In this document: positions 17,869-27,163 of the stretch, piece by piece
Position numbering within the stretch: position 1 is the first letter of the stretch
Layout: each line of letters starts with the position of its first letter
Source of the DNA: Candidatus Aminicenantia bacterium
Lineage (GTDB): Bacteria; Acidobacteriota; Aminicenantia; Aminicenantales; Saccharicenantaceae
DNA: 64,000 nucleotides
NCBI GenBank assembly: GCA_041479905.1
Contig: JBGOYY010000007.1
Span: 5,162-69,161, forward strand
Direction of reading: 5' to 3'
Translations under genes and position numbers: made by a program
Notes under the pieces: generated by a model
What the model saw: only the letters and a program-made list of their open reading frames with translations
Databases searched by the model: none
What the model was told of the DNA's origin: nothing

Positions 17869-18948
17869 ATGGAATTGAAAGATTACGGATGGGACGCAGA
17901 GACGGCTGCGCAATTCGAGGCTTGCGCCGGCCCCGGGCTCGTTCCGGGCCGGGTTGTCAGGCAGTCCCGCGACCGCTCGACGCTCGTCACTCCGCTCGGC
18001 GAATTGGCCGGCGAAGTCTCGGGCCGGTTCCGGCATGGGGCGGCGGGCTCCGCCGACTATCCGGTCGTCGGAGATTGGGTGGTAGTCGAGCCGTTCGGCG
18101 GGGGCCCGGCTCTCATCCATTCCCTCCTGCCGCGCCGGAGCTCGTTTGTGCGCAAGGTCGCCGGTGAGGCCGTCAAGGCTCAAGTCGCGGCGGCCAATGT
18201 GGACACCGTTTTTCTTGTCAGCGGGCTCGACGGCGATTTCAACCTCCGCCGCATCGAGCGGTACCTGACGACGGCCTGGGCCGGCGGGGCCGCGCCGGTC
18301 ATCGTGCTCAACAAGGCCGATCTCCGCACGGACATAGGCGCCGTCATCGCCGAAGTGAGAGCGATAGCGCCCGGCGTGCCGATCGTGGCCGTCAGCGCTC
18401 TCGCCGAGGCCGGACTGGAAAGCCTTGAACCCTACCTTGTCCCGGGGAAAACGGTGGCTCTTCTCGGCTCCTCGGGGGTCGGTAAGTCGACGCTGATCAA
18501 CCGCCTGCTCGGCGAGGAGCGTTTTCCCACGGCCCCGATGAGCGATCCCGCGGCGGGCCGCGGCCGGCACACGACGACGGCCCGAGAACTGGTCCGGCTT
18601 CCCGGGGGGGCCCTGTTGATCGATTCGCCCGGAATGCGCGAATTGCAGCTCTGGGCCGAGGAAGAAAGCCTGGACAGGGCTTTCACGGATATCGAGAGGC
18701 TCGCGGCAGGCTGCCGGTTCGTCGATTGCCGCCATGAGAACGAACCCGGCTGCGCCGTGCGGGCCGCGGCCGGGGACGGCCGGCTCGACGTCCGGCGGCT
18801 GGAAAGCTACCTGAAGCTTCGCCGCGAGGTGCGGTTCATGGAATTGAAAAAGGATGAAAAGGCGCGCAAGCAACAGGAGAAGGCGGCGGGAAAACGGTTC
18901 GCGGCCCGCCTCAAGGAAGTGATAAGAAATAAGCCCCGATATCAGTGA
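17869..18948 (+). CDS. rsgA: ribosome small-subunit-dependent GTPase A
   Basis: Circularly permuted GTPase motifs (VLNKADL, GSSGVGKSTLINRL, DSPG), RGRHTTT, and the C-terminal zinc knuckle CRFVDCRHENEPGCAV. Start set at MELKDYGW; 17824 is also possible. Confidence 0.9.
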   Translation: MELKDYGWDAETAAQFEACAGPGLVPGRVVRQSRDRSTLVTPLGELAGEVSGRFRHGAAGSADYPVVGDWVVVEPFGGGPALIHSLLPRRSSFVRKVAGEAVKAQVAAANVDTVFLVSGLDGDFNLRRIERYLTTAWAGGAAPVIVLNKADLRTDIGAVIAEVRAIAPGVPIVAVSALAEAGLESLEPYLVPGKTVALLGSSGVGKSTLINRLLGEERFPTAPMSDPAAGRGRHTTTARELVRLPGGALLIDSPGMRELQLWAEEESLDRAFTDIERLAAGCRFVDCRHENEPGCAVRAAAGDGRLDVRRLESYLKLRREVRFMELKKDEKARKQQEKAAGKRFAARLKEVIRNKPRYQ

Positions 18949-19038
18949 TCGTCATGCCTCGGGTCTTATTGCAGGTTGGCTGACGGATCTGCTTGTTATT
19001 CATAAGTTCAGCAACTATTCGGCATGTTGAAGCCAAGC

Positions 19039-19076
19039 GCCTTCCTGGACATCGCCGAGGGGCTGGGGCTGGGTGT
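19039..19076. repeat. 38-nt direct repeat, copy 2 (intergenic, upstream of kinase 1)
   Basis: GCCTTCCTGGACATCGCCGAGGGGCTGGGGCTGGGTGT. The preceding GCCAAG...CG also matches copy 1 if a 5-nt gap is allowed. Confidence 0.85.
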
Positions 19077-19108
19077 CACAGCGCAGGGCTTTCGCCCCCT
19101 CCGGCCGG

Positions 19109-19138
19109 TTGACTATTCCCGCCGATAAACGTTATCCT
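19109..19138 (+). promoter_or_regulatory. promoter of kinase 1 (TTGACT-18-TATCCT)
   Basis: TTGACT at 19109-19114 and TATCCT at 19133-19138. The same -35/-10 pair occurs upstream of the other two kinase paralogs. Confidence 0.5.
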
Positions 19139-19168
19139 AGGCCCACGCTCAAAGAAGGGGAATCGGCT

Positions 19169-21961
19169 ATGAAGTGCCCGAAATGCCAGTCTGAGAACCC
19201 TCCGGAGTCCACATACTGCGGCAAGTGCGCCACGCGAATCCGGGGACACGTACCGGCTCCCGGAAAATCCGGTACATGTCCCCAGGATTCGCCCCGACCC
19301 GCCGTCACCGAAACCATGGGGACAACACGCGAAGAACTGACGACCGGCTCCACGTTCGCCGGCCGTTACCAGGTCATCGAGGAGCTCGGCCAGGGCGGCA
19401 TGGGCAAGGTCTACAAAGTCCACGACACCAAGATCGGCGAGAAGATCGCCCTCAAGCTCATCCGGCCCGAAGCCGGCCTGGATAAGAGCTCGCTCGAGCG
19501 GTTCTCGAACGAGCTCAAGCTGGCCCGAAAGATCCGTCACAAGAACGTCTGCCAGATGTTCGACCTGGGAGAGGACCAGGGCGTCCGCTACATCACCATG
19601 GAGTATGTCCACGGCGAGGACCTCAAGCAGCTCATCCGCAAGGTCGGGCGGCTGAGCCCCGGCCAAGCCATCGCGATAGCCCGGCAGGTCTGCGACGGCC
19701 TCGAGGAAGCCCACAAGCTGAGCGTCGTCCATCGCGACCTCAAGCCCCAGAACATCATGCTCGACGACGACGGCAACGCCCGGATCATGGACTTCGGGAT
19801 CGCGCGGTCGCTCACCGGGAAGAGCATCACGGGGGCCGGGGTGCTCATCGGGACGCCCGAGTACATGAGCCCGGAGCAGGTGGAGGGGAAGGACGTCGAT
19901 CAAAGGTCGGACATCTATTCGCTGGGGGTCATCCTCTATGAGATGGTCGCGGGACGGCGGCCCTTCGACGGCGAGACGGCGCTCAGCATCGCCCATAAGC
20001 AAAAATACGAGGCGCCCGAGGACCCGAGGAAGATCAATCCCCAAATCCCTGAGGATCTCTCCCGGATCATCCTCAAATGCCTGGAGAAGGACAAGGCGGC
20101 GCGCTACGAGAGCGCCCGCGCTCTTGACGCGGACCTGGCCGGGATCGAGGAAGGCCTGCCGACGACGGAGAAAATCATCCCGAAAAGAAAAGGCCTCGCG
20201 ACACGGGACATTACGGTCAAGTTCAATGTCAGGAAAATATTGATCCCGGCGATCCTCGTCACAACGGCCATCGCCGCCGCGGTCTTTTTCCTCCTGATCC
20301 GTAAGCCCGGCCCCGCCCTGAACCCGAAGCTCGCCCTGGTCAGCATCTTCGTCAACCAGACGGGCGATGCGACCCTGGACCCTTTGGGCAAGGTGGCCGC
20401 CTACGAGATCGCCCAAGGCCTGTCTCAATCGGGGATCATGGACGTCGTCCCGAGCATGTCGGTCCTGGAGACCTCCCGAGTCATCAATGCCGAGTCCGGA
20501 GTCCCCAAGGATCAGGACGAGCTCCGCGCCCTGGCCAAGAGCACGGGAGCCGGAACGCTCGTTTCCGGAGATTATTATTTGATCGACCACGAGCTCCAAT
20601 TCCACGCCACGATCACCGATGCCGTCCATCGCAAGCTCATACAGTCTCTCGAGCCACTTAAGGGGAGCCTCGACGACAAGATGGGGCTGATCACGGAATT
20701 GAGCAAGAGGCTCATGGGGGCCCTGGCTATGCATTTCACGAATGTGACCATGAGCGAAATGGCCCAGAAGGCCCGCCGGCCTCCGGTTTATGAAGCCTAT
20801 CTGGAATTCCTCCAGGGATTTGATCTTTGGGGTGTGGATTACGAACAGTCGGTCCGCCATTTCACCCGGGCCGTCGAGTTAGACCCCTCGTTTTTCGTAG
20901 CGAAGTTTTATATTGTTAGCGCCACCTCTGGAAATCCAGATCAATACGAGAAAGCGGACGCTTTACTCCAATCTCTTATTCAAAATCGGGACGAACTCTC
21001 TCCGCTCGAAAATAGCCTTATCGACTATCATATTGCAGCGCTCAAAGGTCGAAATGACGAGGCTCTCCGGTTTATCCGGGAAGCCGAGAAATTGGCGCCG
21101 AACAACATGGTCATCAACCGCATCGCCGGGGCCTGCGCATTGGGCATCAATCATCCTCGAGAAACGGTCGAAACCTACGCCAAGTTGGATTTCATGGACC
21201 CGAAAGTCCTCTACGGATATGCCGCAGGCGCCTGGACCCTCGGCTTCCGGGCCGAGGCCCATCATATGCTCGGAAGCTATAAAAAAGAGCTGGAGGTTAT
21301 AAAGACGGGGGAGAAATACTATCCTAGGTTGCTGTCTTTCCGGCGCTATGAAGCCCGCGCTCTGGCCGCTCTCGGAAGAACGAATGAGGTCAGGAAAGTC
21401 ATTGAAGAATGCTTGGGAGTGGAGTCGACCGGTGGAACTCAGGGCGACGTCATGATGGAAGCGGCCAGGGAGCTCTATGCCCATGGGCATAGGGATGCTT
21501 CTCGGGAGATCGCCGCCAAGGCCATCGAATGGGCCGAGAGCCGGCCCGAAGCCGAGAGAAAAACGGAAGCGGGTCAGGGGTTCTTCGCTAACGCCCTTTA
21601 TTTTGCCGGGCGCTGGGATGAGGCCGGAGGGATATACGGTTCCCTGGCCGCCGGACATCCGGAGGATATCGACTATCAAGGATACTTGGGGACATTGGCC
21701 GCCCGGCGGGGGGACCGCGAAGGGGCGATGAAGATCTCCAATGAATTGGCCACGATCGACAGGCGTTTTCTTTTCGGCAGTCATACCTATTGGCGTGCCT
21801 GCATCGCCTCGCTCCTCGGCGAAAAAGAGCGGGCCGTCGCGCTTCTCAGGGAGTCTTTCAGCCAGGGCAGGGGCTACCGCGTCGGCCTCCACCGCGACAT
21901 CAACCTCGAACCCCTGTGGGATTACCAGCCGTTCAAAGAACTCCTTCGGCCGAAGGGCTGA
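19169..21961 (+). CDS. Ser/Thr protein kinase: N-terminal zinc ribbon, kinase, TM, periplasmic domain, TPR region (paralog 1)
   Basis: MKCPKCQSENPPESTYCGKCA zinc ribbon. Hanks motifs GQGGMGKVYK, HRDLKPQN, DFGIA, GTPEYMSPE. TM helix ILIPAILVTTAIAAAVFFLLI. Start moved to the ATG at 19169 with GAAGGGGA upstream. Confidence 0.9.
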   Translation: MKCPKCQSENPPESTYCGKCATRIRGHVPAPGKSGTCPQDSPRPAVTETMGTTREELTTGSTFAGRYQVIEELGQGGMGKVYKVHDTKIGEKIALKLIRPEAGLDKSSLERFSNELKLARKIRHKNVCQMFDLGEDQGVRYITMEYVHGEDLKQLIRKVGRLSPGQAIAIARQVCDGLEEAHKLSVVHRDLKPQNIMLDDDGNARIMDFGIARSLTGKSITGAGVLIGTPEYMSPEQVEGKDVDQRSDIYSLGVILYEMVAGRRPFDGETALSIAHKQKYEAPEDPRKINPQIPEDLSRIILKCLEKDKAARYESARALDADLAGIEEGLPTTEKIIPKRKGLATRDITVKFNVRKILIPAILVTTAIAAAVFFLLIRKPGPALNPKLALVSIFVNQTGDATLDPLGKVAAYEIAQGLSQSGIMDVVPSMSVLETSRVINAESGVPKDQDELRALAKSTGAGTLVSGDYYLIDHELQFHATITDAVHRKLIQSLEPLKGSLDDKMGLITELSKRLMGALAMHFTNVTMSEMAQKARRPPVYEAYLEFLQGFDLWGVDYEQSVRHFTRAVELDPSFFVAKFYIVSATSGNPDQYEKADALLQSLIQNRDELSPLENSLIDYHIAALKGRNDEALRFIREAEKLAPNNMVINRIAGACALGINHPRETVETYAKLDFMDPKVLYGYAAGAWTLGFRAEAHHMLGSYKKELEVIKTGEKYYPRLLSFRRYEARALAALGRTNEVRKVIEECLGVESTGGTQGDVMMEAARELYAHGHRDASREIAAKAIEWAESRPEAERKTEAGQGFFANALYFAGRWDEAGGIYGSLAAGHPEDIDYQGYLGTLAARRGDREGAMKISNELATIDRRFLFGSHTYWRACIASLLGEKERAVALLRESFSQGRGYRVGLHRDINLEPLWDYQPFKELLRPKG

Positions 21962-22013
21962 AAACGACGATATCGAGCTCGCGGATGTGCGCCTGGTCGA
22001 GCGGGGCGCCGGC

Positions 22014-22042
22014 TTGACAAACGGCCGGTCCAAACCCATATT
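22014..22042 (+). promoter_or_regulatory. possible promoter (TTGACA-17-CATATT) for the 22089 gene
   Basis: TTGACA at 22014-22019 and CATATT at 22037-22042. Followed by the palindrome TGATCG-TATAG-CGATCA (22043-22059). Confidence 0.35.
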
Positions 22043-22088
22043 GATCGTATAGCGATCATATCATCGGCCCAAGAAAGAAGGAGGGACT

Positions 22089-22574
22089 ATGAAAAGGTTA
22101 TCTTTCCTGCCCTTATTTCTGGGGTTTCTTCTCTTCCTGTCCCTCGCGGGGACGGCCGCGGCCCAAGGCAAGACCGTGACCATCCCCAAGGGGACGAAAG
22201 TCGTGAAGCTGGGGCCGGGCCACTTCAAGCTTATTACCCCCGACGGCCCCGTCTTCGAGATCACGTCCTTTAAGAAAACCGTGAAAGGCCAGGGGACGCC
22301 GGGGGCCGTGGGCATCCTCGGCGACTGCGGGATCCGCGACGCGAAGGGGAAGGTCATCGCCTCCGGAGCCAATGGCGTTCTGAAGAGCGGCCTCCGGGCG
22401 ATCATCGGCGACTCGGGAAAGGCGATGAAGGATATCCCGCCGGCCGACTACATCCAGATCGACGATGAGGTGACCTGGCTTCCCGCCACCATTCAGTTCC
22501 CATCCCTTCGCGTTTTCAACCGGCTGGCCCTTCAGAAGCTGTCGCCACAGCCCGATCCGCCCGGCAAGCGCTGA
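22089..22574 (+). CDS. secreted hypothetical protein
   Basis: GAAGGAGG RBS. Clear signal peptide (MKRLSFLPLFLGFLLFLSLAGTAAAQG). No recognisable domain. Confidence 0.55.
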   Translation: MKRLSFLPLFLGFLLFLSLAGTAAAQGKTVTIPKGTKVVKLGPGHFKLITPDGPVFEITSFKKTVKGQGTPGAVGILGDCGIRDAKGKVIASGANGVLKSGLRAIIGDSGKAMKDIPPADYIQIDDEVTWLPATIQFPSLRVFNRLALQKLSPQPDPPGKR

Positions 22575-22831
22575 GCAGAAACGGCCGGCCGGACCCGCGA
22601 TCCATCGCGCCGCCTGCATAGCACAGTAGGTCGCCAGAGGACCAGAGCGCCTTCCGGAAATCACCGATGGGCTAAGGCCGAGTGAGCAAATTCACTCTCT
22701 CCCATCGTCTATCTCATTAGGCAAACCGCCAAGGGATACAAAAAATCATGGGCGTGTCATTCGGACTGCCGGGTGTGCCGGGCTTGACTCACCGTACGCA
22801 ATATGGTACGTTTCAATCAGAGGTCACCGCG

Positions 22832-23074
22832 ATGACGACACTGACAGCGAGCCAAGCCCGGGCCCACCTATTTAAGCTCCTTGACCAGGCGGCTTCTTCG
22901 CACGAGCCCATCCAGATCACCGGAAAGAGGGCCAACGCCGTCCTCGTCTCCGAAGAAGATTGGCGAGCCATCCAGGAAACGCTCTATCTGCTCTCCATCC
23001 CGGGGATGCGCGAGTCTATTCGCAAGGGGATGAAAGAGCCCGTCGAGAAATGCGGCGGCAGACTCAAGTGGTGA
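22832..23074 (+). CDS. yefM: type II antitoxin, Phd/YefM family
   Basis: MTTLTASQARAHLFKLLDQAASSHEPIQITGKRANAVLVSEEDWRAIQETLYLLS is a typical YefM N-domain. Overlaps the toxin start. Confidence 0.85.
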   Translation: MTTLTASQARAHLFKLLDQAASSHEPIQITGKRANAVLVSEEDWRAIQETLYLLSIPGMRESIRKGMKEPVEKCGGRLKW

Positions 23075-23334
23075 GCTGGCGGCTCGTTTACACGCGCCAA
23101 GCGCAACGGGACGCCAAAAAGTTGGCCGCTTCGGGTCTGCGCCCGAAAGCCGAAACCTTACTCGAAATCCTGGCCAGGAATCCTTTCGAGGACCCTCCCA
23201 CCTTTGAAAAGCTGCTGGGAGACCTTTCAGGCGCCTATTCCCGGCGTATCAATATCCACCATCGACTCGTCTATCAAGTGCTTTCCGAAATCAAAACGGT
23301 CAAGATCCTGCGTATGTGGACTCATTACGAGTGA
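23068..23334 (+). CDS. yoeB: type II toxin, Txe/YoeB family
   Basis: GTG start overlapping the antitoxin stop. SWRLVYTRQAQRDAKKL, GDLSGAYSRRINIHHRLVYQV, ILRMWTHYE. Confidence 0.85.
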   Translation: MVSWRLVYTRQAQRDAKKLAASGLRPKAETLLEILARNPFEDPPTFEKLLGDLSGAYSRRINIHHRLVYQVLSEIKTVKILRMWTHYE

Positions 23335-23338
23335 CGGG

Positions 23339-26167
23339 CTATTTTTTCTCCGGGTAGAGCGTGACCTGGACGTAGCGTTTCGTGTTGAAGTAGGTCCGGG
23401 CCGCCTCTTTGACCGCGTTCGTCGTCAGAAGCTTGAGCGATTCCGCAAAGCGCGGTATCGCGGCGGGGTCGTCCCCGATCCGATAGCGCTCGGTGAGCTG
23501 GGCCAGCCACCAATCGTTCTGCCGGCTGTTCGTCTCGAAGTCGCGGGACTCGGCCAGCCGGACCTCATCGACCTCTTTTTCGGTCGGCCCCTTTTTCTTC
23601 AGATTCTTGATCTCCCGGAAAATGGCCCGGGTCATATCGTCCATGCGCGCGGGGTCGGCGCCGAGGTCGATCGTCACCCGGTATTCCTCGCGGGGGATCT
23701 TGCTGTAGGACGGCTGGACGGCGACGTCGTAGGTCCCGCTCAACTTCTCGCGGAGGAGCTTCCGCAGACGGGTTTCGAGCACCTGTCCGGCCGCGCGAAT
23801 GGCGATGCGGTGTCCGGGGTCGCTCTTGAACGGTCCGGAGAAGACGATGGCCGTCAGACTCTTGGGCTCGACCCCTTTCTCGACCGTCCTTTTCACCACG
23901 CCCTCGGGCGGAGGGACCCTCCAGTCCCGCCAGGTCTCCTTGCGGCCCCGAGAAGGCAGGGAGGCCAGGTAGCGGCAGACCAGGGGCTTGATCTTCTCCA
24001 GGTCCAGGTTGCCGACGAAGACGAAGGTGAAGTCGCCCGCGTCGGCGAACCGGTCCCTGTAGAAAGCCAGGGATTTCTCGAGGCTCATCCGCGGGATCTC
24101 CTCGACCGTCATGGGCCGGAACCTCGGCTGGTCCCTCTGCATGGTCTTGCGCAGAGTGTCCGAGAAGACAGTTTCCGGGCTCTGGTCGCGGTTCTCCAGG
24201 AAGGTCTTCAGCTGGCTCTTGAGGACGTCGAAAACGACGGGGTCGGGGCGCGGCGCGGTGAAGGTCAAATAGATCAGCTGGAAGAGGGTCTCGGCGTCCC
24301 TGGGAGAGGCGTTCCCCGAAAGCCCCTCCTCGAGCTCGCCGATCATCGGCCTGATGAAGACGGCTTTGCCGGCCAGCTTTTTCTGGAGGTTGATGGCGCT
24401 GAATTCACCCAGGCCGCCCGAGGCCACGACCTGGTCGGCGGTGTTGGCCGGGATGAGGTTTTCGTCCTCGGCGAGCGAGACGCCGCCCGCGCTCGTGGCC
24501 CGGAGGAGGATCTCGTCCTCCTTGAAATCCGTCGGCTTGAGGACGACGCGCGCGCCGTTGGAGAGCGTCCATTCCGTGATCCCGGCCTCGGCGATCGTCC
24601 GGCTCGACACGACCTTTCCGGGCTCCGGCATTCCGGGAAGGAGCGGCGCGTCGGTCGTGGTGTCCTTGTAGGGGGCGATCTCTTCCCGCTTGACCTCTTC
24701 GAGGACGGCCAGGAGCTCTTTTTCGCTGGGGACGCCGGCGCCCTCTTTTTCCGGGGCGTTGGCCATGATGACGCGGTTTCTCTCGGTCATCCACTCTTTG
24801 GCCAGCCGGTTCGTTTCGTCGAGGGTGATCCCGGGCAGGAATTGGACGTGCAGGTCGTATTCATACTGGATGCCGGGCGTCGCCTCTCCCTGTAGAAAGC
24901 TCCGGCTGAACTCCTGGGCGTACGTGCCGGAATCCTCCGTCTCCTTCTCCGCCAGGGCGTTTTCGAAAACGCGCATCATTTCGCTCTTCTGCCGTTCGAG
25001 CTCCGTCGCGGTGAAGCCGAAGCGGGCTACCCGCTCCCCTTCGGTGTACAGGGCCCGGAGCCCCCTGGCGATGCCTCCCGCCTCGACGAGCGCCGACAGG
25101 ACGTAGACCTCTTTCGACCCGATGAAGCGCCCCTGGCTCGAGACGGCTCCCAGGAACGGCGCGCCGGGTTTCTGCGTGATCTCGAGGAGACGCTCATTGA
25201 GCATGCTGTTGAAAAGCCGTTCGACGAGCATCTGACGGTAGGAGCCGACCGTGCTCTGGTCCCTGAGGGGCAGTTTGTGGTAGACGGCCACGACGCTCTC
25301 GGAGGTTTCCTTGTCCGTGGCGATGGCGAACAGCGTCTCGTCGTGGTCGGGGACGGGATAGGACGGCCGCGGCGGCGCGCCCGGCGGAACGGGGATCGAG
25401 GCGAAATGCTTCCTGACGAGCTCCTCGATGCGGGCCCGGTCGAAGTCGCCCACGGCGACGACGGCCATCAGGTCCGGACGGTACCAGGTTCGGTAGTACC
25501 GCTTCAGAGTTTCGTACTTGAAACTTTCGATGACCTCTTTTTTCCCGACGGGCATGCGCTCGGCGTAGCGCGAGCCCCGGAAAAGGACCGGGAATTGCCT
25601 GTCGCGCATCCTCGCGTCCGCGCCCTGACCCAAGCGCCACTCCTCGACGATGATCCCCCGCTCCTTGTCGATCGCCTTGGGGTCGAAGGTCAGACCGTGG
25701 GCCCAATCCTCGAGGATCAGGAAGGAGGTCTCGAGGATTTCAGGGGAATCCGTGGGGACCTTCAGCATGTAGATCGTTTCGTCGAAACCGGTGAAGGCGT
25801 TGAGGTCGGGCCCGAAGCGCATGCCGATCGATTCCATGAAATCGACGAGCTTCTGCTTGGGGAAATGCGTGGACCCGTTGAAGGCCATGTGCTCGACCAC
25901 GTGGGCCAGGCCCAGCTGGTCCTCGTCCTCAAGGACCGAGCCGGCGTTGACGACCAGGCGCAGCTCGGCCCGGTTCTCCGGCTTCCGGTTTTCGCGAATG
26001 TAATAACGGAGGCCGTTCCCGAGCTCGCCGACCGTGATCTTGGGGTCGACGGGGATCTTTTGGTCGAGGGGATACTTGTCGGCCTGGGCGACGAGCGGGG
26101 CGACGACAAGGAAGGCCGAAAGGGCGATGAGAAGGATTCTGCGCTGGTGTTTCATCCCTTCTATCAT
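23339..26167 (-). CDS. M16-family (pitrilysin/insulinase-like) zinc peptidase, double-length, secreted
   Basis: Signal peptide. Inverted zinc motif HxxEH (HVVEHMAFNGS). 942 aa is consistent with four M16 half-domains. Confidence 0.85.
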   Translation of the reverse strand: MIEGMKHQRRILLIALSAFLVVAPLVAQADKYPLDQKIPVDPKITVGELGNGLRYYIRENRKPENRAELRLVVNAGSVLEDEDQLGLAHVVEHMAFNGSTHFPKQKLVDFMESIGMRFGPDLNAFTGFDETIYMLKVPTDSPEILETSFLILEDWAHGLTFDPKAIDKERGIIVEEWRLGQGADARMRDRQFPVLFRGSRYAERMPVGKKEVIESFKYETLKRYYRTWYRPDLMAVVAVGDFDRARIEELVRKHFASIPVPPGAPPRPSYPVPDHDETLFAIATDKETSESVVAVYHKLPLRDQSTVGSYRQMLVERLFNSMLNERLLEITQKPGAPFLGAVSSQGRFIGSKEVYVLSALVEAGGIARGLRALYTEGERVARFGFTATELERQKSEMMRVFENALAEKETEDSGTYAQEFSRSFLQGEATPGIQYEYDLHVQFLPGITLDETNRLAKEWMTERNRVIMANAPEKEGAGVPSEKELLAVLEEVKREEIAPYKDTTTDAPLLPGMPEPGKVVSSRTIAEAGITEWTLSNGARVVLKPTDFKEDEILLRATSAGGVSLAEDENLIPANTADQVVASGGLGEFSAINLQKKLAGKAVFIRPMIGELEEGLSGNASPRDAETLFQLIYLTFTAPRPDPVVFDVLKSQLKTFLENRDQSPETVFSDTLRKTMQRDQPRFRPMTVEEIPRMSLEKSLAFYRDRFADAGDFTFVFVGNLDLEKIKPLVCRYLASLPSRGRKETWRDWRVPPPEGVVKRTVEKGVEPKSLTAIVFSGPFKSDPGHRIAIRAAGQVLETRLRKLLREKLSGTYDVAVQPSYSKIPREEYRVTIDLGADPARMDDMTRAIFREIKNLKKKGPTEKEVDEVRLAESRDFETNSRQNDWWLAQLTERYRIGDDPAAIPRFAESLKLLTTNAVKEAARTYFNTKRYVQVTLYPEKK

Positions 26168-26229
26168 AGACGATTCGGGAAATTATAACATATGCTCTCG
26201 AGCGCCGCTCTTCATGGCTCTTCGTGACC

Positions 26230-26277
26230 ATTGACACCGCCATGCGGCCGGCCATAAACTTCCGGCATGGATAGGCA
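26230..26277 (+). promoter_or_regulatory. 48-nt promoter/operator-like element, copy A
   Basis: ATTGACACCGCCATGCGGCCGGCCATAAACTTCCGGCATGGATAGGCA. TTGACA at 26231-26236, 18-nt spacer, TAAACT at 26255-26260. The gene's ATG (26267) sits 6 nt after the -10 box, with no SD. Confidence 0.55.
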
Positions 26278-26968
26278 TCGTCCAAGCGTCCTGAACGGCA
26301 TCCTCGCACGGTTTGGACAAATGGCGATTCTCATCATCATTCAAGCGGCTATCCTTTTCCTCGCCGCAGGCCGTCTCGACTGGGCATGGGCTTGGGTTTT
26401 CTTGGGAATCTATTTTGTGAGCGTATTGGTCAACAGTGTGTTTATGATCCGCTCCCATCCCGAGACCCTCGCCGAGCGTGGCCACGCTCAGAAAACCAAG
26501 GATTGGGATAAGCTCGTGGGAGGTCTCTGGAGCCTAGCTCAATTCTTGATCCTTCCCGTCGTCGCTGGCTTGGATTTGCGGTTCGGCTGGACTCGAGACA
26601 TCAGCACATGGTGGCATGTTGTTGGTGCCATAATTTTTGCACTTGGACTCGCTCTTTTCGGGTGGGCGATCATTACCAACGCATACTTCTCGACCGCAGT
26701 ACGCATTCAGAGTGACCAGGGGCAGACAGTGTGTCGTTCGGGACCGTATCGCTATATAAGACATCCTGGCTATGCCGGGACGACGCTCCAGTCAATGGCG
26801 ATAGTTTTTTTGCTCGGATCTTGGTGGTCGTTGATCCCCGCGGTTGTAGCGTCTGGCCTCATGATTCTTAGAACCCACCTCGAGGATCGCACGTTGCAGG
26901 CCGAGTTACCGGGCTATCAAGCTTTCATGCAAGAAGTCCGATATCGCCTCATCCCAGGTATCTGGTAA
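26267..26968 (+). CDS. ICMT/PEMT-like membrane methyltransferase family protein
   Basis: Multi-TM protein with GPYRYIRHPGYAG, a family-typical RHPxY block. G+C looks lower than its neighbours. Confidence 0.7.
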   Translation: MDRHRPSVLNGILARFGQMAILIIIQAAILFLAAGRLDWAWAWVFLGIYFVSVLVNSVFMIRSHPETLAERGHAQKTKDWDKLVGGLWSLAQFLILPVVAGLDLRFGWTRDISTWWHVVGAIIFALGLALFGWAIITNAYFSTAVRIQSDQGQTVCRSGPYRYIRHPGYAGTTLQSMAIVFLLGSWWSLIPAVVASGLMILRTHLEDRTLQAELPGYQAFMQEVRYRLIPGIW

Positions 26969-27061
26969 GACGCATCTCATTTCTGCCCAACACCGGCTGC
27001 ATCTGACCGCCTTCGGCGTGGGTCCGGAGTGCGAAATCCGCGGGCATCGATTTTCGCGGTA

Positions 27062-27109
27062 ATTGACATGGCCGCGCGGCCGGTGATATGGTGTCGGCAT
27101 GGTTAGGAG
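27062..27109 (+). promoter_or_regulatory. 48-nt promoter/operator-like element, copy B
   Basis: ATTGACATGGCCGCGCGGCCGGTGATATGGTGTCGGCATGGTTAGGAG. TTGACA at 27063-27068, perfect palindrome GCCGCGCGGC in the spacer, TATGGT at 27087-27092, conserved ATG at 27099. Confidence 0.55.
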
Positions 27110-27163
27110 GGGGGGGTCAGGTCGCTCGGAAAAAGCAAATTATTTATTTTCTAGAGCACTCCT

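Noticed and set aside
19076-20860. 594-aa antisense ORF opposite kinase 1. Similar cases: 20963-22039, 61487-62428 and 62519-63262
   Set aside because: These are shadow ORFs. The opposite strand carries unmistakable Hanks kinase motifs, and these frames show no motifs and a GC-skewed composition.
23204-24895. 563-aa plus-strand ORF (and 25277-26188) opposite the M16 peptidase gene
   Set aside because: The minus strand encodes a full-length HxxEH peptidase. The plus-frame product is low-complexity.
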